Below the pieces are notes generated by a model. That model made no database searches, was not told the DNA's origin, and saw nothing but the letters and a program-made list of their open reading frames with translations. DNA of 64,000 nucleotides from positions 1 to 64,000 of IMG/VR virus record IMGVR_UViG_3300042197_002762; one strand, 5' to 3'. Source of the stretch: a virus. Positions within the stretch are counted from its first letter, which is position 1, and each line of letters starts with the position of its first letter. The position numbers and the translations under genes were made by a program. Positions 9,667-17,801 of this stretch are shown one piece after another.

Positions 9667-9723
9667 TAGATGAGTAGATATTTTATAAACTTTGCAAAGA
9701 AGTGACTTTAAATCAAAAATGCC

Positions 9724-10032
9724 ATGAGCACAAAAGAGTTACAAAATAAAATTACCGAATTAACAGAAGAATGGCGTAAATTGGTAGTTAAAGATCACTG
9801 TAAGGATCGTGATTTTCATTTTTATATCAATACTGTTTGGAGTTACGGACAGAAACAAAAGTATCGCGTTGAACACTATGGGTATATCTTTAGAGATATA
9901 GAACAAGAGTTTAATACATACAAAGAAGCGGCACAGTTTTTACTAAATAAAATTACTGAGATGATTAAAATTGAAAAAAACCAAGAAGAGTTTATTCAAG
10001 AAGATGATGAATATTTCTTGACTTTTGATTAA
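9724..10032 (+). CDS. hypothetical protein
   Basis: 102-aa ORF. Confidence 0.7.
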   Translation: MSTKELQNKITELTEEWRKLVVKDHCKDRDFHFYINTVWSYGQKQKYRVEHYGYIFRDIEQEFNTYKEAAQFLLNKITEMIKIEKNQEEFIQEDDEYFLTFD

Positions 10033-10054
10033 AAATTAATTAATATTCAGAAAT

Positions 10055-10351
10055 ATGAAAAAACGTGGTAGAAAAGCTGGTAGTGGTAGTTTCGCACAAG
10101 TATCCTTGGAAGAACTCAATCGAGTTCTCAAACCAAATGCGCGTGTGATTGTTTGGGGTCGTTATGCTCAGATGCTCGGCCTTGATGGTAAAAAAGTCGA
10201 AGCTAAGCATGACACTCTCATTGCTGCCGTTAATGGTGGCACGGCTGAAGTAGAACTTGAGACATTTGGGAACGCGAAACCAGAAAATAAGAAGACTGAA
10301 CCACAAGAAGATCTTGTGCCAAAACCTTCTGTAAAGTTTGAAGTATTTTAA
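10055..10351 (+). CDS. hypothetical protein with basic N-terminus
   Basis: MKKRGRKAGSGS start; 98 aa. Confidence 0.7.
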   Translation: MKKRGRKAGSGSFAQVSLEELNRVLKPNARVIVWGRYAQMLGLDGKKVEAKHDTLIAAVNGGTAEVELETFGNAKPENKKTEPQEDLVPKPSVKFEVF

Positions 10352-10435
10352 TTAACCACAAAAAATTTTCCGTGTGGTAATAAATTGTAAAAAAGGTCTT
10401 GCAAACTGTAAAAATATTGGTAAGATAAAGGAACT

Positions 10436-11374
10436 ATGAGTTACTTCGATGAAATGATTGGTCAGTCCAAAACCAAAAGCGTTCTTGGTTTCTACATTGA
10501 TGCTTTTGAAAAGACTGAGATACTGCCGCATATGTTTATTGTTGGTCAACGTGGTCAAGGTAAGACTATGCTTGCCACTCAAGTTGCCAAGAATTTGCGT
10601 AGCAAAACTCTTGGCCGCGTAAAGCCTATGTTGACTATCAACTGTTCGACGCTCAAAAACGTGCGACAGTTTATTGAGGATATTGTTCTTCAGTATGTTC
10701 GTGACCAGCATATCACCCTCTTTTTCGATGAGGTTCATGAAATGCCTACTCCAATTCAGACCTGTCTCCTGACAGTTCTCAATCCAAACAAACACAATCT
10801 TAATACTCTTCGTTTCGAGGATTACAATATTGAGTTTGACTTTACCAAGGTGAGCTTTATTTTTGCCACTACTGATCCGCAAAGGGTAATTACTCCGCTC
10901 AAAGACCGTTGCCGTATGATCCACATGGAAGAATACCAATACGATGAATTGGGTCAGATTGTCAAGAATAACAGTGAAGATCTTGAGTTTGATGATGAAA
11001 CCTTGCGTGATATTGCCAGCGTTTGTCGTGGTAATGCGCGTAATGCTACGCTCATGGCTAAAGATAACATTCTACAATTTGCTCGTCGGCACAATGTTTC
11101 ATTTGTTGACATGGGCATTTGGAATCGTATCAAAGGATTACTTGGCATCTTGCCGCTTGGTCTTGAGAATACCGAATTGCAAATTCTTAAAGTTCTTAAA
11201 GAACGTAACATTTGCTCGCTCACAAATATCAGTGCGGTTACTGGATTGTCAACTCAATCCCTCCGCGCCGAGTTTGAGCTTTATCCGCTCAAGCACAATC
11301 TCATGGAGATTGCTCAAGGTGGTCGTCGTTTGACAAAGCAAGGTCGTGAATATCTTGAGGCCATTGGGGAATGA
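10436..11374 (+). CDS. ruvB: RuvB-like Holliday-junction branch-migration AAA+ ATPase
   Basis: FDEMIGQ N-terminus, Walker A GQRGQGKT, Walker B FFDEVH, FATT, PLKDR, RGNAR, C-terminal wHTH with GRRLT. Confidence 0.85.
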   Translation: MSYFDEMIGQSKTKSVLGFYIDAFEKTEILPHMFIVGQRGQGKTMLATQVAKNLRSKTLGRVKPMLTINCSTLKNVRQFIEDIVLQYVRDQHITLFFDEVHEMPTPIQTCLLTVLNPNKHNLNTLRFEDYNIEFDFTKVSFIFATTDPQRVITPLKDRCRMIHMEEYQYDELGQIVKNNSEDLEFDDETLRDIASVCRGNARNATLMAKDNILQFARRHNVSFVDMGIWNRIKGLLGILPLGLENTELQILKVLKERNICSLTNISAVTGLSTQSLRAEFELYPLKHNLMEIAQGGRRLTKQGREYLEAIGE

Positions 11375-11483
11375 TTTGTGGAATTAATTATTCTTATGGG
11401 GTGTATGTACCTCGTATACAAGCAGTTAGATAAAAAATCAAAAGCTTGACAAATTGTAAAAATTCACATATATTATATAAATC

Positions 11484-12005
11484 ATGAAAACTGATACAAA
11501 CAAAAAGCTGGTTCATATCAATAATCTGCAACGCGGGGATAAGTTTCAAATTCCTTCGGTGCGCGATACCATGCGCGATATGAAATTTATTTCCTCTACT
11601 GAGACTAGTTCTCTTATCGAGGGGCACAAGCGCGATTCTATTAATGACGCTTGGCGACCATTTCGTATGCACGTTTCCAATGGAGTGATGGTTGAAGTCG
11701 TACAAGAATTTGAGAAAGATCTTATGGAAGAAAACAAACAAAACGCTACTGCTACGGCAGGGCAAAACGAGGCTTCCGCCGCGCCTAAGCGCCGTGGTCG
11801 TCCTTCTAAAACAAAGCTGGCCTTCAATCAACTCAAGGGTGTTGATGGCGAGTTTACGGTGAGGGATGTTGTTGAAAAGAATGACATCAAGGAATACGAA
11901 GTCCACAATTTGATCCGTAGCGCCGTCCAAGGCGGTAAGGTCAAAGTTGTCAAGGAACTCGTTGGTGGGCGCGGTAAGCCCCGCAAGGTCTATCGCCTTG
12001 CCTAA
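11484..12005 (+). CDS. putative DNA-binding protein (AT-hook-like motif plus C-terminal winged helix)
   Basis: KRRGRPSK; FTVRDVVEKNDI...GGRGKPRKVYRL wing. Confidence 0.6.
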   Translation: MKTDTNKKLVHINNLQRGDKFQIPSVRDTMRDMKFISSTETSSLIEGHKRDSINDAWRPFRMHVSNGVMVEVVQEFEKDLMEENKQNATATAGQNEASAAPKRRGRPSKTKLAFNQLKGVDGEFTVRDVVEKNDIKEYEVHNLIRSAVQGGKVKVVKELVGGRGKPRKVYRLA

Positions 12006-12022
12006 GTGTAAAGACATGAAAT

Positions 12023-12093
12023 GCCCTTCAAGCATTGTGGCGATGCACGGGTTTTGTAAACCTGAGAGTAGAGTTCAATTCTCTAGTGGGGCT
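12023..12093 (+). tRNA. tRNA-Thr(UGU)
   Basis: Cloverleaf: anticodon arm CGGGT-TTTGTAA-ACCTG, T-arm TAGAG-TTCAATT-CTCTA; one acceptor-stem mismatch. Confidence 0.75.
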
Positions 12094-12111
12094 TTTCAAT
12101 CTTAAAAACAC

Positions 12112-12393
12112 ATGATTAGTAAACACGTTCAAGAGCTTCTCGAAATATTTCGGGACAATTATCGTAACATCAAATGTGTCGAATCACAATACGATTCACA
12201 TACTAAACTCGAAATTGAAGTAAGTAATCTCTATCCAGAACAAGATGGGGAAGAAATTTTCGGGCTTTCTAATAGTAAATCTCTAACCACTGATGATTTT
12301 GAATTTGCCACTCTTAAAAAGATTAACGGTAAACAAGTAATTTTTCTTGGTAATTATCGTTTCTTTTTTGAAGATGGCATTTTTCACATATAA
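12112..12393 (+). CDS. hypothetical protein
   Basis: 93-aa ORF between two tRNAs. Confidence 0.65.
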   Translation: MISKHVQELLEIFRDNYRNIKCVESQYDSHTKLEIEVSNLYPEQDGEEIFGLSNSKSLTTDDFEFATLKKINGKQVIFLGNYRFFFEDGIFHI

Positions 12394-12401
12394 TATTTAT
12401 A

Positions 12402-12475
<74 letters not shown>

Positions 12476-12485
12476 TTTAATAATT

Positions 12486-12962
12486 ATGGAACAAAAAACA
12501 GAAGAAATAAAACAGGAAGCGCCCAAAGAAATAGGTCTTTTTGATAGGGTTCTTGGAAATACCTACGAACAACCTAAAAAAATTGTAGTTAGACTTTCTA
12601 GTCCGGAAATGGGCTTGGGAATTTTTGCCACCGAGGATATACAAGAGGGCGAATTAGTGGAAAGATGTCCGATGATTCAGATGTCATGGAAATCAAAATA
12701 TTTAGGCGATCCTCAAATTTTTAATTATTTATATAGTAATAGTAATTGCCCTTGTGATGATTGCAAAAGACATGGTAATAGCATGTTCATGGTTCTTGGC
12801 TATGGGATGATTTATAATCACAAAGACGAACCTAATACCAAATGGAATTTTAATTTTAAAAATTTAATCGGTGACGTTATTGCTCTAAAGCCTATTAAAG
12901 CTGGTGAAGAAATATTTGTAAGTTATGGACCTAAATATTTTAAAAATAGGAAAAAGATTTAA
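12486..12962 (+). CDS. SET-domain protein (putative lysine methyltransferase)
   Basis: GLGIFATEDIQEGE, IYNH...PN, ALKPIKAGEEIFVSYG; start moved to ATG 12486 because the track start overlaps tRNA-Pro. Confidence 0.9.
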   Translation: MEQKTEEIKQEAPKEIGLFDRVLGNTYEQPKKIVVRLSSPEMGLGIFATEDIQEGELVERCPMIQMSWKSKYLGDPQIFNYLYSNSNCPCDDCKRHGNSMFMVLGYGMIYNHKDEPNTKWNFNFKNLIGDVIALKPIKAGEEIFVSYGPKYFKNRKKI

Positions 12963-13311
12963 ATTAGTTATTAATAGTTTAATTTAACCCCCACAACCCC
13001 CCACCGTTACCCACAATAAACCATAAAAATACCTTGACTACAGATATAGGATTGTGTATAGTTTAAATATGATCATTTTAACCAAAAGGGAAGAAAAATT
13101 CTTGCAATGTTTCGCATTTATTGGTAGAATACTCATCATTGCGGACGAGACTGTGAAGATCCTAATGAAGATCTTCCAACAGAGTAAAAATAAGGAAAGA
13201 GCTATACAGAAATATACATATAGATACATAAGGTAATAAAGATTATATTAGATTGAATAAAAATTAATTAATATAAAAAAAGAACTATCCGATTTATATA
13301 AATAAAACATT

Positions 13312-13497
13312 TTGAATATGATTAAAAAATTAATAAATAATCCAAAATATCATTCTATAACAGTTAGAGTAATAAGTTCCTTTATCTTTGCGGTAGTGTT
13401 CTTCCTGATTGCGGCAGGGTTCGAGTTGGCGTATCGGGGAAGTGTAGTCAATCAAATAAGTAAATTGATACATGAAATACTATTCTTTGGAATATAA
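13312..13497 (+). CDS. possible small membrane protein
   Basis: One hydrophobic segment; AT-rich region. Confidence 0.4.
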   Translation: MNMIKKLINNPKYHSITVRVISSFIFAVVFFLIAAGFELAYRGSVVNQISKLIHEILFFGI

Positions 13498-13634
13498 GTT
13501 TTCTATAGGGGTAAATACAAAAAAAGAATACAAAAGTGCCAAATAATGAATTTTAATTAATTAAATAACAATTAAAATTAATTTTTATTAAATTTGTGAT
13601 TGACTTTTGGCGAAATAACTAATAGTATACGAAC

Positions 13635-13805
13635 ATGACAGTAAAAGAACTCAAAAAGATTTTAGAGAATGCTCCCGACCATGTCGAGGTAACCGCACTC
13701 AAAGATGGTTACGTTTGTGAGCGCACCGACGTTTGGAGCGCTGGTTACTATGAGGATGAAGATGAAGATGGTAATCCAGTAGAAAGATTTACTATTAATT
13801 GCTAA
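13635..13805 (+). CDS. hypothetical phage protein (56 aa)
   Basis: MTVKELKKILENAPDHVEV...; TTGACT-N17-TAGTAT ends 6 nt before the ATG; not in the ORF track. Confidence 0.7.
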   Translation: MTVKELKKILENAPDHVEVTALKDGYVCERTDVWSAGYYEDEDEDGNPVERFTINC

Positions 13806-13861
13806 CTAATATTTGCGAAATAATTAATTGGAAATAACCAAATAATAATATATAATAATTT

Positions 13862-14101
13862 ATGACTAAATATAAAGTAAAAGTAATCCATATCTTTAAT
13901 GAGCTTCTAGAGGTAGAAGCCGAAAGCCCCGAAGCGGCACAACAAAAAGCTGGAGAGATTTTGGTGAAAGATGATTATCAAGGCGCGCCAGCGTACGAAA
14001 CTACTATTCCGCCAGAGAACTGGCCTGTGATTACCGAAGAAGAGTTTAATAAACTAGTAGCCCAACAAGAAAAAGAATCTTCTAATATTATTACTCCTTG
14101 A
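13862..14101 (+). CDS. hypothetical protein (DpnD/PcfM-like)
   Basis: KYKVKV...LEVEAESPEAAQQKA pattern. Confidence 0.6.
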   Translation: MTKYKVKVIHIFNELLEVEAESPEAAQQKAGEILVKDDYQGAPAYETTIPPENWPVITEEEFNKLVAQQEKESSNIITP

Positions 14102-14296
14102 TTTGTGAATGATATTTTGCGAAATAATTAAATAATAATTGATAATCAATTTGCGAAAGCGAAATTGCGAAATAACGAACGCGAAATAAACAAATAATGA
14201 GTAGTGTACAATTGGGAACATTTTCCCACATTTAAACACGGTCCTTTACTACGTAAAGGGATTGACACTTTGCCCAAGATATCATAACATAGGGAT

Positions 14297-15208
14297 ATGT
14301 ATAGAACAGGATACTGCTGCATCAACCTGAGCATGGGCGAGAAGTTCCGAACCATGACCCTGGCATGGGCCAACCGGAATAGTGTAGAAGATGTAGAAAT
14401 AAAATGGAATGATATAATAAAACATAATTTTGAATTGTTTTATAAAATTATTAGTTGGAATATTACAAATAATGTTTTTCTTTACCGTATTAGTAGTGAT
14501 TTGGTTCCATTTGCTGATCATGAGCGGTGGGGATATCTTTGGGAAGGCTGGCGCAACACTATAGAGAACCACGGTTTGGTCGGACCCTTGCGCGAAATAA
14601 TTAAACGTTATATTGCGTTAGGTGGGCGCATGACAATCCATCCAGGACAGTTTGTCTCTATTGGAAGTGCGAAAGAAGAAGTCCGAAATAACTCAATCAA
14701 GAACTTGGAATATCATGGTCAGCTCCTGGATTTGCTTGGCCTACCACAGAATCACGATTGTCCAATCAATATTCATGTTAGTAATGGAAGTAAAGATTGT
14801 AATGAGACTGCTATTAATATAAAAAATTCTGTCTCTAAATTATCAAATAGTGTAATTAGTAGATTAGTATTCGAAAACGAACAACATGGCTGCTGGAACC
14901 CTCAAAATTTGCGTAAGCTGTTTCCTCAAATACCCATTACATTTGACTACCATCATTTTAGGCTTAATGATGGTGGGCTTACCCTTGATGAGGCAATTAG
15001 AATTACCAGTGAGTCATGGCCAAATAACGACCCCATCCAGCACTATTCAGAGGGCCGAGACAATCCCGACGATCCAGCACATTCCGACTATATACGGATT
15101 TTACCAGAGAGTCAATTCGACATCGAGGTAGAGGCTAAAGCAAAAGACTTAGCAATAAAAGATTTTCTGTTCGGTAGAAATCAAAAGATTGAGGGAATTT
15201 TATATTAA
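14297..15208 (+). CDS. uvsE: UV-damage endonuclease UvsE/UVDE
   Basis: GYCCINL, YRISSDLVP, HPGQFV, NIH, FENE, ITFDYHH, HSD motifs. Confidence 0.92.
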   Translation: MYRTGYCCINLSMGEKFRTMTLAWANRNSVEDVEIKWNDIIKHNFELFYKIISWNITNNVFLYRISSDLVPFADHERWGYLWEGWRNTIENHGLVGPLREIIKRYIALGGRMTIHPGQFVSIGSAKEEVRNNSIKNLEYHGQLLDLLGLPQNHDCPINIHVSNGSKDCNETAINIKNSVSKLSNSVISRLVFENEQHGCWNPQNLRKLFPQIPITFDYHHFRLNDGGLTLDEAIRITSESWPNNDPIQHYSEGRDNPDDPAHSDYIRILPESQFDIEVEAKAKDLAIKDFLFGRNQKIEGILY

Positions 15209-15251
15209 AGGGGCTTGACACCTGCCTGAAGTAGTGGTATATTTCCACAGT

Positions 15252-15713
15252 ATGCCAAACGATTGCTACAACTACTTGGAGGCTCCAGATGGAGACCTGT
15301 CACTGATCGCAGACTATATCTCCACCGCCAAACGCGATTGGAGTCCACTGCCCGATACTTTTCTTGATTTCGAAAAGATCGTCCCTATGCCACCTGATGT
15401 CGAGGACTGGTATGGTTGGCGGAATGAGCATTGGGGCACGCGTTCCAACTCTTACGAGGGCCAAGCCCAAGACGAGGGCATCAGTTTCAATACTGCTTGG
15501 AGTCCTCCGGTCGAAGCGATTGTTGCCCTTGCTAAACGTATCGGAAAACCTTTGCGGCTAATCTATGATGAACCGGGCATGGACTTTTGTGGAGAACTCA
15601 TTGTGGATGCAGAGGGCAAACACTGTGATGAAGTTTATTCCCCACGCAAGGATGCGCCTGAACATCTCAAAGAAGATCTGGCCATTGATGAGGATGATGG
15701 ATTCTTTCTATGA
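15252..15713 (+). CDS. DUF1281/YubB ferredoxin-like domain protein
   Basis: MPNDCYN, DFEKIVPMP, WYGWRNEHWGT, FNTAWSPP, YDEPGMDFCG; promoter TTGACA-N17-TATATT. Confidence 0.75.
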   Translation: MPNDCYNYLEAPDGDLSLIADYISTAKRDWSPLPDTFLDFEKIVPMPPDVEDWYGWRNEHWGTRSNSYEGQAQDEGISFNTAWSPPVEAIVALAKRIGKPLRLIYDEPGMDFCGELIVDAEGKHCDEVYSPRKDAPEHLKEDLAIDEDDGFFL

Positions 15714-15803
15714 AAACGTTTATTACTATATTAATTGCTGGGATGTATATCTTATTTATGGGTATGTTTCTGATTGGTGAATTAATCGAAAAGAAAAAAT
15801 AAT

Positions 15804-16016
15804 ATGAAAAAACTTAAGAAAGTAACGCTGGATCTCTACTACGTAGTTGATGCTGAAGACGATCATATGATTAACCATGCCAAGGATTGTCTCTACGAGG
15901 ATATCATGAGCGCGGTCAAGCATGATGAACTCTTCGGCTTGATTCGTGTGGTCGATGCGCCTCCTAACGCTAAAGAGTGCGACATCCCTGAATTCCTTCT
16001 GGAAGAAATAGCGTAA
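15804..16016 (+). CDS. hypothetical protein (paralogue of 7137-7400)
   Basis: Shared YVV..DD..M..HA and DAP motifs. Confidence 0.65.
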   Translation: MKKLKKVTLDLYYVVDAEDDHMINHAKDCLYEDIMSAVKHDELFGLIRVVDAPPNAKECDIPEFLLEEIA

Positions 16017-16167
16017 ACAACACCTTGACAAACACGTCCACAACTGCTAACATATGAACCCATTTAAACACAGTGAAATACGAAGATCCAAAAGACGATA
16101 TCAAACTATATATATGCATGAGCGCAATTGTTTTTATAATTATGATTGTAATTGGAGGTAATTAAAT

Positions 16168-16401
16168 ATGAAAAATGATCCGATTAAATATGCAACTGAC
16201 TCTGTTATTAGGAGTCTCGATACGGTAGAAGAGATCAAAGATGCTCTCAAAGATCTTACTGATTCCTATAAATATCAAATTAATATTTTGAAAGATTTGA
16301 TTAAGGAATACTTCTCTGATCTACAGAGTGACGAGACTCCTCTTGGCGCTATGCGGCGACTCCAAATTCGTAAGCAATTGCTGGAGTTTGCCAACAAATA
16401 G
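16168..16401 (+). CDS. hypothetical protein
   Basis: 77 aa; GGAGG upstream. Confidence 0.65.
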   Translation: MKNDPIKYATDSVIRSLDTVEEIKDALKDLTDSYKYQINILKDLIKEYFSDLQSDETPLGAMRRLQIRKQLLEFANK

Positions 16402-16450
16402 TGTAAATAATAATATTCCAAAAGGCACTCGGTTGCCCCAGGAATAACAC

Positions 16451-16570
16451 ATGAATAGAAACCCTATAGAGGAAGAACATATAGCCCCTCTAGTAATAAT
16501 AATAAGTGGATTATTATTTTTGTTTGGTATGGGATTATTTTTATAATTATATCTTGGGAGGGCTCGTGAA
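16451..16570 (+). CDS. small membrane peptide (39 aa)
   Basis: MNRNPIEEEHIAPLVIIISGLLFLFGMGLFFIIISWEGS; followed by a terminator. Confidence 0.5.
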
Positions 16571-16605
16571 AGCTGGCGATCTAGAAATGGGTCGCCAGTT
16601 TTTTT
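16571..16605 (+). terminator. intrinsic terminator at the convergence of the + and - blocks
   Basis: CTGGCGAT...GTCGCCAG hairpin followed by T7. Confidence 0.8.
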
Positions 16606-16659
16606 ATTAAAGGAAAGAGTATTATTATTTAATAAGGGAATTCTTATTAAAGGATGGGG

Positions 16660-16745
16660 AGGAGGGTGTGAGATTCGAACTCACGGAACATTTCTGTTCA
16701 CAAAGGTTCAAGCTTTGCGCGATAAACCAGCTCCGCCAACCCTCC
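16660..16745 (-). tRNA. tRNA-Ser(UGA)
   Basis: GGAGGGT acceptor stem, CAAAG-CTTGAAC-CTTTG anticodon arm, long variable arm, TTCGAAT T-loop. Confidence 0.9.
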
Positions 16746-16749
16746 AAAA

Positions 16750-16823
16750 TAGAGGCGGTAGGAGTCGAACCTACGCTCACATCCTTATCAAAGATGGGTT
16801 TTAACCAGCTAAACTACGCCTCT
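16750..16823 (-). tRNA. tRNA-Ile(GAU)
   Basis: AGAGGCG/CGCCTCT acceptor stem, CATCT-TTGATAA-GGATG anticodon arm, TTCGACT T-loop. Confidence 0.88.
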
Positions 16824-17305
16824 ATAACACCGTCATGTATTTCTACATGACAGTTAGAACATACTAGTATACACTTTTTTAATTCCTGTTCAATAACATT
16901 CCAAGATAATTTACTAGTATTAGAGCTAATTTCAAAATTCTTTTGGGTAGGGTCTAAATGATGGAATTGTAAAGCCTTTAAGCATTTATTATATCCACAT
17001 TTGCAACATTTTCCGCCAAGTAATTTAACAGCTTTTTCTTTACGATTAGTTCTAAATTGAGACACGTAGCAAGAATTGCATCTAACTGAAGAATTGCCCT
17101 TTTTTCTACTATAAATATATTCTCTATTACAATTACTACAGATACATTTTTTATCAGATTTTTCTATTAGAACTAATTGTTTTGTGTTGTGCTTACCAAA
17201 TGGAGAACATTCAAGGCAATATTTTCTACGGTAAAGATTATGGGTTTTATCACCTATCTTATACCAATTAGGAAATTGTGAACTACATTTTTGACAAATA
17301 GGCAT
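16814..17305 (-). CDS. HNH homing endonuclease with Zn-finger N-terminus
   Basis: Several CxxC pairs; GGKCCKCGY..C..ALQFHHLDP...KCILVCSNCHVEIH. Confidence 0.88.
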   Translation of the reverse strand: MPICQKCSSQFPNWYKIGDKTHNLYRRKYCLECSPFGKHNTKQLVLIEKSDKKCICSNCNREYIYSRKKGNSSVRCNSCYVSQFRTNRKEKAVKLLGGKCCKCGYNKCLKALQFHHLDPTQKNFEISSNTSKLSWNVIEQELKKCILVCSNCHVEIHDGVIEA

Positions 17306-17366
17306 ACTATTATTTACATGTAGTTTAGATAACTAGACACTATTATGTTATAGCGTCTAAGCAATG

Positions 17367-17440
17367 CGGGGCCGATGGGACTTGAACCCACACTCGACGG
17401 TTCGACAAACCGTTGCTTTAACCGATTAAGCTACGACCCC
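17367..17440 (-). tRNA. tRNA-Asp(GUC)
   Basis: GGGGTCG acceptor stem, ACGGT-TTGTCGA-ACCGT anticodon arm, TTCAAGT T-loop. Confidence 0.9.
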
Positions 17441-17476
17441 GAAACTATATTTACAAACCTGACTTATGCCAAATAA

Positions 17477-17552
17477 TGGCACCACTGATGGGTGCTGCCC
17501 CCACTATCTTCCGCGTGAAAGGCGGACGAGTCTGCTGTTCCTCTTCAGTGGC
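17477..17552 (-). tRNA. tRNA-Glu(UUC), non-canonical T-loop, encoded CCA
   Basis: GCCACTG/CAGTGGT acceptor stem, TCCGC-CTTTCAC-GCGGA anticodon arm, T-arm GTGGG-GGCAGCA-CCCAT, ends GCCA. Confidence 0.8.
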
Positions 17553-17656
17553 ATCTACTCATCAAATAGTATACCACCATATAGACAAATATCAAGAATA
17601 AAACATAGAGAAGTATACCAATCATTTGATATATTACAACTATTTTGATAATTTAT

Positions 17657-17733
17657 GTAAGTTGTTGATTATGAAGTACTTACGCCGCGCCGCCGGGCGC
17701 GCCGCCGTAACCCCTTGATTTTCAACGTGCTAC
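17657..17733. repeat. 77-bp element, copy 1
   Basis: GTAAGTTGTT-N7-AAGTACTTAC, 23-bp GC core, GTAACCCCTT-N7-AACGTGCTAC. Confidence 0.9.
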
Positions 17734-17743
17734 AATTTAATGC

Positions 17744-17780
17744 AAAAAAATGCGGGGCGCAGCACTCGCCACGCCCCGCA
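17744..17780 (-). terminator. intrinsic terminator after rIIA
   Basis: TGCGGGGCG/CGCCCCGCA stem followed by a T-run on the - strand. Confidence 0.8.
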
Positions 17781-17801
17781 CCACCACACCACCACTAACA
17801 A

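Noticed and set aside
12985-13020. C-rich tract CCCCCACAACCCCCCACC
   Set aside because: A single low-complexity patch with too few regular G-runs on the opposite strand to support a G-quadruplex or repeat claim.
17781-17795. GTGGTG runs near 17781-17795 and 20231-20240 as Chi-like sites
   Set aside because: Only two short patches lying in or next to terminator hairpins; no orientation-biased enrichment.
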